Part shown: piece by piece, positions 14,101 to 27,300 of the stretch
Numbering within the stretch: the first letter of the stretch is position 1
Layout of the letters: every line of letters begins with the position of its first letter
Assembly: GCA_015680685.1 (NCBI GenBank)
Contig: MNCI01001817.1
Coordinates: 904,828-968,827 of the forward strand
Direction: 5' to 3'
DNA length: 64,000 bases
Source: Gnetum montanum
Lineage: Eukaryota > Plantae > Gnetophyta
The notes under the pieces: model-generated
What the model saw: only the letters and a program-made list of their open reading frames with translations
Databases searched by the model: none
Told to the model about the DNA's origin: nothing
Translations under genes and position numbers: made by a program

Positions 14101-14460
14101 TATCAATGGTTGGGACTTTGAAAATATGAGCTTCAAAGTAAGCAATAATATTAAATGTTTGCAAGAAAGACATTCCTAAAATTGCATCAACATTGCCTAG
14201 TTCAAATTCAAAGAATTCATCAATGAAAGGTATATTTTACAAAGTAAAGTTAATTTCTTCATACCTAGTATGCTTACTCATGGTTGTTCCATTTGCTAGT
14301 TCTATCATAATAGTGTTATTGGAGGGTAAAATTAATTTCAATAAATTAATTAACTTTGGAGAAATAAAGTAAAAACTGGCAACACTATCAATCAAAAATT
14401 TAATTTTTTAACCTCTAATTGAACCTTCAAAAATTAGTAAAGCAAATTGAAATTTATGCA
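11180..14460 (-). pseudogene. Chromovirus pol pseudogene (PR, RT, RNase H, integrase, chromodomain)
   Basis: PR FLIDSVAS (~14390); [14 protein letters not shown]...[13 protein letters not shown]...FRDD (13186-13704); RH/INT 12466-12726; INT C-terminus GPF...IHPVFHVSLLK (11341-11769); chromodomain VLVQWS...T*E (~11200-11300). Confidence 0.93.
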
Positions 14461-14559
14461 AACTTGATTTAGTTGATGTAGTTATCTTCTTCATAGCTAT
14501 GGTGGTGGCTGGAATTTTTCCTTTATTCATGTTTTGGTTGGGTTTTTTTATTTCTGATT

Positions 14560-15240
14560 TGGTTGGTCCTTTGTACTTCTTTTTGCAATTTTGGACAATC
14601 TCCTTTCAAATGATCATCACCACAAACAAAAAATCTTGATCCTAATCAAGCTCTTTTGGTTGGTGTTTCCTTTGCCGTTGGTTGTGGAAAGGTATTTTGT
14701 CGAAGAGTTGCTTGTCAAAGGGTAGCTTATAGTTGATTCAATTCCTCATAATCCTTAGCAATTCTATATGCTTCATCAATGGTTTGAGGATTATGAGCTA
14801 TTGTTTGGGGACATAGTTGAGCATTTAGTCCACCAATGAATTTTGAAGCTAATTCTCCCTCATCCTAGTGACTTACATATTGAGAAAGATCACAAAATTC
14901 TTTATAGTAATCCTCTACAGATGGCCTTCCCAATCTTAAGAAATCAAATCTCATTTTGCACTCTTTGAGGAAAGAATTGAGTGTAAATTTTTGTTTAAGA
15001 TCTTGACAAAAATTAAGCCAATTTGTAATCAAACCTTGAGATCTCAGTCCATTCCACCATGTTATCGCAAGTCCTCTTAAATACAAGGAGATAACTTCTA
15101 AATGTTCCTGGCTTGACAAATTCAACATATTGAAGTAGTTTTTCATTGTATTAAGCCAATCCTTTACCTTGGAACTAGATCTAGGGGCTCCATCATAATC
15201 ATCTAATTTTACTTTCATAGCATGAACTTGTATCAATGAT
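14560..15240 (-). pseudogene. Chromovirus gag remnant
   Basis: ORF 14865-15236 (KLDDYDG...DWLNTMKNYF...LRGLAITWW...W..F...LKQKF); degenerate zinc knuckle at ~14590-14635. Confidence 0.88.
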
Positions 15241-15768
15241 TCTCTAGGTGGATTAAGCTAGTTCCCATATCCCTCACCTTTTGTTTTTACTCTATGGCCT
15301 AAAGGAGGGATTTCAGTATCCTATCCACTAGTAGGTGGGGTTGTTTTTGGTGTGGATCCCTAGGTGGAAGTTGATCTTGATCTTGATGTTGAACCCTAGG
15401 TGGAACATGATTAGGATTTAAAGGCTAAGTGAGATGATCAGTTAATTACTTGATGGAGTTTACAAATGAATCCATCTTTCCTTACATGTCTGACCATTTA
15501 TCCTCTAAACTCTAAGATAATTTCCTAATTTTCTTAGACATATTTTGCATCTTTGTTCCAAAGCCTTGATTTGACTAATGAAGCTCTTCTTGAACATCCT
15601 TGAGCTCATTAATTTGATCTTGAAGGGCATTCATCTGGTCATTGACTTGGGCCTCCATTTCTCTCCAATTTATTCTTTGGGTTTTGGATATCGACAAGTT
15701 GAAGAAATCAAGTATGTTGGTAATCTTTAGCTTCTATGGCCCTTTTTATGGGTCTCAAAATAGTTAAT

Positions 15769-18471
15769 TGTAAGGATCAAAAATGTCAGTGGTTGGAACA
15801 CTGAGGTCTATGGGTGCATAGCCTAGCCCCAAGTTTGCATGAGGGCCTATTGGAGGTGGAGATGGGGCACCCTGAATGGTCTTGTTAATCAAACAAGGAC
15901 TTACTGGATGCAACAAGGGTGGAATGGGGTTAGTGACAATGCTAATGTAAAATGGTGCTAAGTTTTCAAGTAGTGTCAATGGTGTTAACGGTGTCAGTGG
16001 GGTCAAAAGTAGTTAAGACTTTTGACAAAGTGGATGGTGTTAACGTGTGTAGACTGCTACCCAAGTGTAGTTTTAGGCATGAATATGAGGTAAAATAATG
16101 AAAGATGTACGTAAAGTGCAAGAAAATAAAAAGAAAGAGAGAGAGAAATGAAACATCACCCCAAATGGGAATGAGCGTAGTTAACACCAAAAGGGATTAG
16201 AAGGTACATGGTGTACAATAGGCATAGTGGATAGTGTAGTCATAGTCTTAGGGTGTTTGGCCATGATGACTGAAATTCCATCAAGGTGTCTACGTTTGTC
16301 AGGTTGGCCATTATGATGTACCATTGGCTATGGTGTTCTAGTGAACTACGATGGTCTGCAACTTCATCAATATGCCTTTGGTTCTCCCCCAAGGACTCCC
16401 TAGGTTTGCCAAGTCTTTGATTTTCCAATTTACCAATCCTAAAAACTTTGTGGATGCAAGTATTTATAGGCCTAGGATTAGTAGAAAATGCAAGATGGCT
16501 ATCATGTGGTAGAGGGGATAGTTGGGACTATGCTCTGTACTGGGCTAGTGGTGATGTGCTTTTTTGTGCTCTGCCAGATTGTAAGACTATGACTATGCTA
16601 CTAGATGCATGTGTGTGTCAAAGGGGCTGTAAGGTATTTGCAATCTTCAAAAATGAAAGCTAGAGACTATGCTCTGTGGGACTACTCTCTCCACTATCTC
16701 ACGTGGGGTTGAGCATAGTTATAATTTTAGGGAAAAGGGGATACAAAAAGGAAGTATCTTGCTAACTACGCTTGCTGAAGCTAAGTTGAATATATCCTAG
16801 AGTTGAGCTAGGTGCTGTTGCTGTGCTGTGGAGGCCATTAGAGACTATTCTGGCTAACTATGCTCTCCACTAAAGGTTGACTACACTTTGGGTTGGGGGA
16901 GAGTGTAGTCCCAATGTTGAGGAAGTTTTTGAAAAATGAGTTTCTTGCAGACTATGCTCCCCACAGGAGGCTAACTACGCTCCCCACTGGGGGTGAGCAT
17001 AGTCCTGAGACTTGTTGAAATTTTTGAAAATCAATCCCTTTGTTGACTATGCTCTCCATTGGACACTGACTACGCTTTGGGGCAGTGGAGAGCAGAGTCC
17101 CATCACTTAGAAATTTTTTTTGCAATTGGCTTTATGTTGACACTTAGAGAAAATTGCAAAATTTTCCTTCATGTTGACTGTGCTCTTCATAAGAGGCTAG
17201 CTACACTCTCATCTGGGAAAGAGTGTAGTCTCAGCATTTAGAAAAATTTGTGAAAATTGGCCTTTCATGCTGACTACGCTCTACATGAGAGGTTGATAAT
17301 GCTCTCCACTAGGAAAGAGCATAGTCTCAATACTTAGAAAAAAATTGTAAAAATTGGCCTTCCATGCTGACTATACTCTCCACAATAGGCTAACTATGCT
17401 CTCCACTAGGGGAGAGCATAGTCTTAAAAATTAGCCAAAATTTGTAGCTAGGAGGCCCCTTTTTGTTGATGTTTAGAGGAGTGGCGTAAGGGACATCAAC
17501 AAAGAACAACAAAATACCACATCAAGCTTGCCATCAACATCACTCTTCAATGCATGGTCGGATGTCACTGCACCATGGTCAAGAGTGTTGTGGAGAGTGG
17601 TATGCTAGATGGCAAGTGGGAGGTGGGAATAAAAGGTGTAGGTGATGTGTTGAGGGTAAAAGAAAAGACGAAGTGTAAATAGGATGTTATAATGCAAGGA
17701 CTTCATGATTGATAGTGACCATGGCATCAGAGTGGCTTGCCCTTAAAAACATTGACCTTCTATTAGAATGCTTGTGGAAGGGTTGATGTGGATTTAGGGC
17801 TGAACTTGTTGTGAAATTGTAGTGCTTTTGGGTTGCTTGGGGATGTGCTCTTTCCATTTTGCTCCTTTTGTTTCTTTTCTCTTTTTTATTTTTACTCATT
17901 GCTATAGGATGAACCTACTTTGGGCTCTGCACATTGCTAAATGCTTGGTGTGGGGTGCTTTCCATTAAGTGGGTTGCATGTCACTAGATGGGCTTTGCTT
18001 TGGTGTTTGCGAAATTGCATCGCATCTGTATGATCAGTGTTTCCTCCATGGGATGACTTGTGTTACATCCACCTAGGATTTGATTGGCCAATAGAGGCTT
18101 TTCGTGGGAAAACTTGTGTTACATCCTCCTTGGGTTCTGTGGTTTGACTTGAAGAGGATGCCATATGGTCATAGCACATGAATGTTAAAGAGTTTGCAAT
18201 CTTTTGTATGTAAGGAATGAAAGAGTATCAGGATATAAGAGTGGATGTGAGTAGGCTATAATGGGATAGTAGGGATTTACACTCTTGAGAGGTTTAGCTA
18301 TTCCAATTAGACACATTAAAGTGATGTGGTGACTTTTTGCCGCAACGAGATGTGCTTTTCCACGATTACTTAAAACTTCATCCTACAAACACAACTCCAA
18401 GAAGGTAAGAAAACCACAAAATAGATAAGCGAAAGTGGACTACAAGTGACAAAATGTAGGAGGCCATATCA
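15769..18471 (-). repeat. 3' LTR of Tat-1 (~2.7 kb; right boundary uncertain)
   Basis: U5 is homologous to 18756-18900 and 40490-40636; minus-strand TATA cctataaata at ~16462-16471; 17450-18420 is homologous (reverse complement) to 38470-39310. Confidence 0.65.
16520..17430. repeat. U3 motif array, ~95-bp units, each with two direct and one inverted ACTACGCTCTCC
   Basis: Example: gactatactctccacaataggctaactatgctctccactaggggagagcatagtc; units near 16950, 17045, 17177, 17272 and 17369. Confidence 0.85.
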
Positions 18472-18755
18472 GCTACACAAGTTGTGCAGGTTGGTAGTGT
18501 GATCGCTCGCTTGATGTAGAAGAAGCGTAAGAGTTATTGCTAACTGATTGTGAACCCAGTCTAAGGTATTGGTAGACCATGGATTTATTGGTTTAAAGTC
18601 CTAGCAGACTATTAGGCCTAATTTAAGATCTTGGCAAACTGTGCTATGCTATTTTATAGTCCTAGTGAACTACTTTATGCTAGTTTAATATCTTAGTGAA
18701 CACGCTATGCCACTTTAGAGTCATGGCAGACTAGTTTAAAGTCATGGTGGACTAC

Positions 18756-20956
18756 TGTAGCGATCAAAAACATTGGTGGCCGGAACATCGAGAGGTCACT
18801 GGGTGTACAGCCTAACCTCGAATCCATGCAAGGGTCGTGCTGGATGTAAATAGATGCGAGGTGCCCTGAATGGTCTGGCTGATCAAAAAGGGACTTAACC
18901 GATGTATAGTAACCTTTTGTAAATGTTGGTTTTAAAGGTGTTATATGCACGTTGAGCAATAAGCAGCAAATGTGAATCAATTGAGAATAATGCAAAACAT
19001 GAAAATAACAAAACAAAATGATGTAGATTTGGGTGAGAAAGTGCACTACCCCATGATCGGGGGATCTAATCTTTGCTTGAGTGAAGGGGGTGTATAATAG
19101 ATGGTAGTGGGGACAAGCATAGCTTGCGATGAAGTGGTATGGTCACAACTCCTTGAACTACTATCAGCAACTTGCTAATAGGGTCCTTCTACTTACCAAG
19201 ACTAATTGCCAAGAAGCCAAAATGCCAGAATGCCAGACATGCTCAAAAGCCAACCATGCTAAAAATGCTAGAAGCCAACCATAGGAATGATGAGTCCAAA
19301 AGGCAATCATGCAAAAAAGCCAACCCCTTTAAACATTATTTTTCAAGGTTTTTATAGGGCTAGGAGTAGGAGAAAAACATGGTTTGGATGCCACATGTCT
19401 TGGGTCCCACAAAGTGTAAACATGACTATGTTGTGCTGTTGTGTGATGCTGGGTGTGAAAACTACTATGATGTGACCATACTATTCATGCTGCATGTGCC
19501 AAGGTCCGGTGAGCTACCATATTTGTTACAAAGAAAACTACCAACAGTGAATGCAAAGTGGAGCCTGTGCTCTAGGACTACGTCTTCCTTACTCTTGCAA
19601 GCAGGGTCAAGTGTAGGGACAACTTTGGGAATAGTTAGGGGGTGCAAAATAAGGCAAACTTGCTAATTTTATCTGTTGAAGAGATGCCAGGACAAGAGTA
19701 ATCATTGCTAACAAATTTTGGAGCTAACTAAAGATGTCTTAGGGCTCCCACGTGAATGTTATGCTATTTATGCTACCTAGCGTATTGGCGTAACATCAAC
19801 ACTCGCATGCTACACGGTGCTACACTACATAGTGTAGTGAGGCATAGCTGTCGGTCTTGGAAGATATCTTGCCTAAAAGCTAAAAATACCTATCTAAGGC
19901 CTGGCTAGGTAAGCAGCTACAACCCTTTCTTTCATGTTGAAAGGTCTTGGGATCTACTGAGTTCTTCCTTAGGACACTTTGGTGTTTTACATCCTTGCTA
20001 TGCTATGCTACACTATGTAGCATAGCATAGCGTAGCAGACATTGCGACCTACATCCTCATCTAATTTTGCAATGCTTTGTCAAGAAACTTTGCTTGAGGC
20101 CTAAGGGCAAAGTGGGACAGTCAGTCTTAGAGGCCAAAGTGTGACCAAGTGCAATCCTCTTCTGGAACCACTTGGCAGAGGGCCTTTGTACGTTTTGTGC
20201 TCGCTATGTTGTGCTACGCTACATAGTGTAGCACCTAGGTTGGCTTGGATTTTGACTTAATCTTATAGAAGTTTTGTCATGGGATGTCAGTCATGTCTTG
20301 GCGTGTTAGCAGAGCAAACCTATTCGTCAGTTGAAACATGGGCAAATGTGCCTACTCCATTAGAGCCATTTGAGTAGGAGTGTCGTGAAAGTGTATCCTT
20401 GCTATGATGTGTAGCATAGCATAGCATAGAACTTAAGTAAAGAGGATCTATGATAAAATTTACCACATTTTTGCTATGTCACGTTGCTCATGCATCATAG
20501 ATGAAGTGGGGCAGATATCCTAGAGGGCTGAGTTGTTGTCAATCTACATCCTTTGGGTGCAATTAGTCTCCCCAAGGCATGCTACGTTGTGCATCATAGC
20601 ATAGCATAGCAGACTCCTGCAGTTAGAAAACTTGCCGAACTATTTTGTTCATCTTAAACACTTTCGGTAGCTCCTAGCCTGGTCCTTTGGTAGACCATTA
20701 GCTGGGCCAAGTGTCAAGCTGGGCAAGCTAGAGGGTGTAGCAAGCCTGTCAACCCGGGAGATAGAAAATTTGCCAAACTATACGATCTACCCCTAGTGCC
20801 TCTTTCATGCAAACTGGCCTTGTGACTGGATGCCATGTTGACTGTGCCACAGAGGGCGTTGTCTGCATAGTCCAACATGACATCATGCTTGTGGGGACCC
20901 TTGCCCTAGTTTTGGGATTGTTGAATCATGAGAATCCTGAAATTTATGGTGTTTCA
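18756..20956 (-). mobile_element. Solo LTR (2201 bp) of a related Tat family
   Basis: TG...CA termini, perfect TSD ACTAC (18751-18755 and 20957-20961), U5 homology to the 15769 LTR, minus-strand TATA cctataaaa at ~19349-19357. Confidence 0.88.
19760..20615. repeat. Palindromic (GCTAC)n/(GTAGC)n clusters at ~190-205 bp spacing in the solo-LTR U3
   Basis: Example: gctatgctatgctacactatgtagcatagcatagcgtagc; clusters near 19808, 19997, 20203, 20401 and 20581. Confidence 0.75.
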
Positions 20957-21204
20957 ACTACTTATGCCAGTTTATAATTATAGCAAATTGCTGGGTGATT
21001 TTATAGTCATAATAGATTTTTTGTGCCAGTTTAGCATCATAGTAGATGCTCTGTGCTAGTTTCTATTCATAGTAGACTACTATGCTAGTTTAGCATTGTA
21101 GCAGACACTCTATGCTAGTTTATAGTCATAGTAGATTGCTGTGCTAGTTTAACATCATAATGAATGACTGTTTATCTTGTTTCATTGATGTGTAGTGCTA
21201 CATC

Positions 21205-22250
21205 CTAGATATAGTATGGCTTCAAGTGTGAATGGTTCACTGGATTGGCAAACTTGTTTTTGTCATGATCAACAAGTTTGAATGCTCCATTGTCATAGGC
21301 CTTGGTGACCAAGAAAGGCCCTTCCTAGTTGGTTGAGAATTTTTTTGCAAGTTTGCTAATGGCCTTGAGTACTAAGTATCCTTTCTTTATCTAGTGCTGA
21401 TGCTAGTTGTGATGATGCTTTTGCCATTACGTTTCTTGGTACCACTTGATGCAATCAAGTGTACGCATGTGCTTCTCGTCTATTAAGTCAAGATCTACGA
21501 TTCTCAACTTGTTGTTCTGACCTTTGTCAATGAAGTCCAAGAGGATTACTCGAAGTGATGGGATCTATAATTCAAGTAGAAAGACTACTTCAGATTAGTA
21601 AATGAGTTTATAAGGTGTCATACCTATTGCTATTCAATGCATAGTGTGGTAGGCCCAAAGTGCGTAGGCTAGTTGCTCATGCCATCATTGTTTGCTGTTT
21701 CTTAGCATCTTCTTGAAGAGGTTGATGATAACCTTGTTGGAGGCCTCCACTTGCCATTTGCCTAAGGGTAGTATGGTAATGAAAAGAAGTGCTTCATTCT
21801 AAAGTGCTCACAAAAGGCTTTGGTTTTAGTGTTGCTAAACTATGGTTTGTTGTCTATTACTATGGTCATGGGAAAACCAAAACGGATCACTGTGTTGTCC
21901 AACACAAACTTGCAAACCTGCTACGATGTCATCTTCCTAAGGGGAATAGCTTCAACTCACTAGGTAAAATATTCCATTGTAGTTATTATGAAGCTATGCC
22001 CTGTGGAGGACTTAGGCGTTATGGATCTGATAATGTCCAAGCCTTAGCATTAAAATGACCATGTGATTTGCATTTTATGTAATTCAATTGGTGGCATGTG
22101 CATTAAGTTGTCATGCCACTAACAAGTATTGCATGTTTTGACTTTCTAGACATAATTACTCTCCATGTAAGGCCAATAGTTTCCTAGCTGTTTGATTTTT
22201 GTTGCATTTCCCTTGGTGCTATGTGACCTTGATGATGTCTTGAGTATGTT
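21205..22250 (-). pseudogene. Tat-type integrase remnant
   Basis: YWPYM..CNTC zinc finger, GLDII, VEAIPL, RFGFP, WHEQLAYALWAY, and KFSTN*EGPFLV...NHSHLKPYY. Confidence 0.9.
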
Positions 22251-22292
22251 GGGGCTCTAGCGAGGAACTTAGTTTTAGTGTTCATGCCTTAC

Positions 22293-22536
22293 CATTGTGC
22301 ATTGCGATAGGGTTCTTGAGAAGGGGATCTTCTGTGACATCCCCTACCTCTAGGTTAAGAGCCTTAACTAGATGGTTAAGCTACTCTAGTAGTGCTTCTA
22401 TGGAAGCTATGTACTTGTTATAGGTGGTAGGCTTGAGGTCTTGGCAATGAGGGTCAATGCATCACTTAATATCGCCATGAAGCCCTGTGAGGATTAAAGA
22501 TGAGAAAATATGCTTGTGCATAGCCATGTCATGTTC
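22293..22536 (-). pseudogene. Putative exon of a second, element-sense accessory gene of unknown function
   Basis: Bounded by tttttacag and gtaagg. Reads EHDMAMHKHIFSSLILTGLHGDIK*CIDPHCQDLKPTTYNKYIASIEALLE*LNHLVKALNL..., with stops explicable by C>T. A possible upstream exon lies at ~22618-22780. Confidence 0.45.
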
Positions 22537-22789
22537 CTGTAAAAAATTATCTAGAAAAACATCTAGTGGCAATTTTTTGACAAACACAAATGAGAAAAGC
22601 AATGTAATGAAATTTACTTAAGTATGCTTGCAGATTGCTATGGGAGGTAAACATGTTTGCACCAGTTTTAGGCCTCAAAAGGCCACATATGTGTCAAACA
22701 TGTTGTTCTGGGGAGGGTCAGTCATGCTTGGGAGTGGAATTGAATTACACACTTGTAGGGTAGCAAAAAATCATGGTTTTGGGCTAAGT

Positions 22790-24030
22790 ATGGTTAACTA
22801 CACTCTCACCCAACTATGCTCTCCATTGGATGTTTAGTGGCAAGTGTAGTCCTAGGTAGGTGGATCATTAAATGATCCTAGAAGGGTATATAGGCATGGT
22901 TTTACCATGGTAACTTGTCATTTTTTCCATTTCACCATGATGTTGAGAGTGTAGTCTTGTTGTTGCTTTTGCCTTTACCATCAGTGGAGAGCATAGTCCT
23001 AGGGAAGATGATGCATTAGAGCACACGCACTCACCTAGGGCTAGTGATTGTTGCTAAGGGGGAGAGAACACTGAGATGCTTGCCATAGGCACATGTGGAT
23101 GAGAGGAGGTTGTCAGCATCAACTAGGTACTAACTATGCTCTTCCACTTTTACTCCATTTTTTTCTCTTTATTCCATCGCAGGGTTTGCTAGGAGCATAA
23201 GATTGTGCATCCTACCATGGTGCCTTGCCATAGTAGTGGTCATTGCTACTGTGCATCATTTTTGGTGTACCGTGGTGATGGGGAGGACATGATAGTGGGG
23301 AGGATTTTTTTGGCTATTCTAGGTAATGTAGGACCTAGGGTTGCATGTGGGCTAGGGCTACACATGAATTGAGGCACACATGGGCTAGGGCACACATAGG
23401 CTGGGCCTGTGCATCATGTCCTACAGCGTGGCTATAGGGGCCATGAATACGATTGCACACTGCGACACTACCCCAAGGACTCATAGCTGCCAATGTACAT
23501 TGTTCATCTTTACTCTTTTTTGTCTTTTTTAAAAAAGGAAAGAAAGATGATTCTGGGGGCTCAGGGTTCGAGGCTACGTGCGTTGCATGCTAAGGTGCTG
23601 TCGCAAGGACCACAACCACCATTGGGCTCCACATGGCATGGCTACAGAGGATGTTAGGGTTTTGGTAGTGGCCAAGGACAACCTACTCTAGGGGTAGGGA
23701 GTAAGGTGGGGGTCTATCCCTATGCTTTGGTTCTTTTATTAAAGGTGGCGCAAGGCTTGGAGTCCTATGCACTGTGTGCCGTGATATGCCTGGAAGGGCC
23801 ATGGCCACCATTGTGCATCGCAGCGCAACCCTAGGGAGCTATAGCTAACATTACACATAGTGCCTCCCTTTTTGTGTTCTATTGTTTGAGACTACACTCT
23901 TCACAACCATAACTAGGACTACGCTCTCCATGCATGGAGAGTAACTACTGCCAGGCATTAGTCAAAATCTGCTTTTGCGACTATACTCCTCATGAGACTA
24001 CGCTCTCCATGCTCTGGAGCATAGTTGGGG
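22790..24030. promoter_or_regulatory. Internal intergenic region (putative bidirectional promoter) with ACTACGCTCTCC copies
   Basis: Motifs at ~22797, 22813, 22946 (rc), 22985 (rc), 23133, 23891, 23918, 23980 and 23997; intact gactacgctctcca at ~23917 and ~23996. Confidence 0.65.
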
Positions 24031-24334
24031 GGTAGTCCCAAAGTTGGAAAAATTTTGCTAACTACGAATGGTGCTAAACTTGCAAAATGTAGTGCAAAAT
24101 CTACAAAAAAATGTAGTATTAATCTTGCAAGATGTGCTATACCACAATGAGTGCCAAGCACATTGAATAAGTTAATCGATGTTCTACAGCCATGGGGCCC
24201 TAGGGTGTATTGCCAAAATTTGGAATTTTTGCTAATTTTTTATTATATCTTTCTAATTTGTGTTAGTAATTTAATGCTATAATTTTCATCTATTTATGCA
24301 TACTAATGCTTTGTCTATTACTTGGTGATTGTAG

Positions 24335-27300
24335 GGTGTTGTTGAAACCCATTAAGATCATGGTTGAGCTCCTAGGCATCCTGTGTTGCATGAATGAACC
24401 TATCCCCAACATCCCCATGCCAAATATGTAGGTGGATCATTAGGTGGAGTGGGTCCAGCTAGGAGCCCAAGAGCTCTTAGAGTGCCTGTTGTAATAGTTT
24501 AGTGTCATCATGTGGTCACAGTTGGTAGTTGAGGCTGCTAGCACTATCACCGAGATGTTGCTACTTGGGGCTAACTAGAGCATTTTGAAGTTCATCTTAG
24601 ACAAGTTCATTACCAACATTGATGGGGCAGGAAGTTTATGTAGAGGTCCTAAGGATGTTTGATGGTTATCCAGAGTATGACGCATGATGAGGCTTGCTTG
24701 TTATAACAAAAGCAACACCCTTTTTTTCATGTAGCGGTTGCAAACTCTGTTCTAGAACCCATTTGGAATTGTCTACTATGTCAGAGGGTAAGTGCTTCTA
24801 TGGATTATGTAGTGCTTTTTAATACTTGCTCTTGTTAAATGGCTAATGGCTCTATGTTTGATTTCCAAGTTTAGAGTTGATGAAGATGGCCTACATGATG
24901 ATCTAGATGCTCTATCCTTAATGCACACTGCCTTGGATGTTTTCTTGTCTAGCATGAATGTTTGGATAGCCATAATTGAGTAGGTGGGATGTGATTTGGA
25001 GACCTATATCTCCCATCACTGGAAAGTGTATGAGTGATGTAGGACCCATGACTAGTTAGATGAGGAGTGGGCCATTGGTGAGATTAACTCTAACGAGGTT
25101 TTTGTAGCACCCCCATCTCATATCCATTTTGTGCCATGTATGTATCTATGTTTTGGCTCGTGTGGTTGCATATTCCCTTTAGTTCATCCTATTCACATGA
25201 TGAAATGCTAATATTGCTTTGCTTTGTATTATAGTGATGGTTTCCTCAGCCAAGGTGATGGTGGTCACCATGGGTTGCACAGAGGCCATCCTCATCATGA
25301 AATATGGTGACATGGAGGATGTGGATCATTGGCTATGCCACAAAGTATCAGAGGCATTGACAGCTCAACTCACGTGTGTTGAGTTAATGGACTTGTTCTT
25401 GGTCCTTAGCTTCAGCATCCTAGTGGTGGAAATGATTATCATTATCAACTCCATTAGTAGTGATGTTAGGAGGTTTGTCACCCAAGTGCACAGTGTTATG
25501 GTAGTGCTGGACCTTAGTGAGGCCTTATTTGCTAATCTCGTTGGCATTCTTGTTGATGACATGATGATTGTTGATAAGTCTAGTAGGGAGGTGGATTGTA
25601 GAGAGGAGATTGAGGACTGGTTGGAGGCCACTTGATCCCACAAAGGCATACTGATTAAGGATGTGTAGGTGGCTAAGGTGTGAGAGCTCTACCCTCTGTT
25701 CTGCTCTCGTGCCTTTCCAAAGATGCTTTTCCAAAGAAAAATCATAGGGGTGGAATAGGATGGGTGATAAAAGAGGTGTTGCTAGAGGGTAAAAATTTTA
25801 ATTGGGCTGCATATATAGCCATTGGTCTACATGCGGAGATTTCCTGGCTTCGATTCAACCTCTAGGTGAGGTCCCATGTCCACTTTGCATTTTTTGTAGG
25901 ATACCTATGAAGGTTTGCAGAGCTTTTGGTTATGCAAGATGATGGATTATGGGTTGTGCAAGACTATGAGTAGTTGTCCCAGCCATGGATTAAACATCTA
26001 TTTTCAACCACATGCACGTAGGACCCCCTAGAGGAGATTAATGAGTCGTTATCAGTAATGAACAAAGTTCCTATGGGACACTCACATTATTCATGTGATA
26101 GTGTGGGTGAGGGCCTTCTAGTTGGCACCATGGATGTGAGCAAGATGGATTGCTAGATAGTAGAGATAGTGGGGTCATCTAAGGTGAAGATCAAGAGGCT
26201 GCATCCTCAAGAGGAAGTTGCCCCTGAGATCATGAAGCCAAGTAGCAAGAAGATTTGCATTAGGCTACGAGATTTGCGTGAAGATGTTGTAGGTTAGTAT
26301 ATGTAGATGCTAGATGCTTTGGTTGTATTTATGCATATATTTTTTATGTTATTTTATTTTTTATGTTGTAATGTTAGCTTGCTAATGTTACTATGCCTTA
26401 TGAGTATGCGTGTTAGTTCTAGAAAGAGAAGAGAGGGTTGCGAGAGCAATTGCTAAGGTGGTAGTGGAGGAGGCCTCCCCTCAGGCTAAGGAGGAGGATG
26501 CTTAGGATGCTTAGGAAGATGAGCTTCATGAGGTGGTAGAGGCTCTCTAGTAGTTGGAAGAGGAGGGGTTGCTCCACCTTGACGACAGTGATTTTGATGT
26601 GTTATTTGATGGGATGTAGCTAGGTAAGACCCCTGCACTCACATTTGAGGGCCTACTAGGTAACTTAGTTTTATTACTATATGTCTTCCCTTGCTTACTC
26701 TAGTATCTTAAGCTGTGTTGGGTTGTGTGCTAATTACATCATTGTATTGCAACATCAGATATTCTCACCAAAGGTCCTACATCTACCTACTACATGGAGC
26801 CAAGGGTAGAGATGACAGATAAACTTGCCTCCATGAAAGGCATTGTTGAGGACATGGTGGACCACTTGTAACAAGCATACCTAGAGCTAGGTATGTATAC
26901 AGTGTTGTTCTACTTTATGCTCTCCTACTCATTACTTAGTCTTCAGCTGAGATTGATTGGTTGTTGTATGCCTACATGTCCTAAGCTATAATGGGATTTG
27001 AGTAAGGTGGCCAGGGTAGATGCTCTGCCTGGCCTTTCTCCTGAAGTTGATTAGGTGCCTTGTCACATATATGAGACATCTAAAAAGTGCGTACTTTCCT
27101 TTGCAAAGTCATTACGGATCTGCAGGCACTCTAATGAGCACTTGTGGAAACACGTGTACAAACTATAGGAGAGGGTGTCTAGCTAGGATGAGAAGATCAA
27201 GGATTTTCAATCCAAATATGACTTCATAGCGGCTAGATCACAAGGGATAGCACCTAGCATACCTCTAAGATTAAGTATGCCAAGTATTGGACAACTCTTA

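Larger units (their letters stand above)
10605..15768 (-). mobile_element. Ty3/Gypsy chromovirus; 3' LTR and gag-pol present, 5' end cut by the Tat-1 insertion
   Basis: LTR 10605-10974 (tgtagtgccc...gagacattaca), PPT at 10975-10988, and domain order gag-PR-RT-RH-INT-chromodomain. Confidence 0.9.
18560..21170. repeat. ~30-bp tandem array (tatgctagtttatagtcatagtagactac) downstream of INT, split by the solo LTR
   Basis: Units at 18560-18755 continue in register at 20962-21170. Confidence 0.75.

Noticed and set aside
15764-16190. ORFs with TPLTPLTPL or hydrophobic runs
   Set aside because: These are by-products of a 9-bp repeat and AT-rich sequence inside an LTR.
16520-17430. CRISPR-like appearance of the palindromic repeats
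   Set aside because: The spacers are homologous to one another, there are no cas genes, and the context is a eukaryotic LTR.
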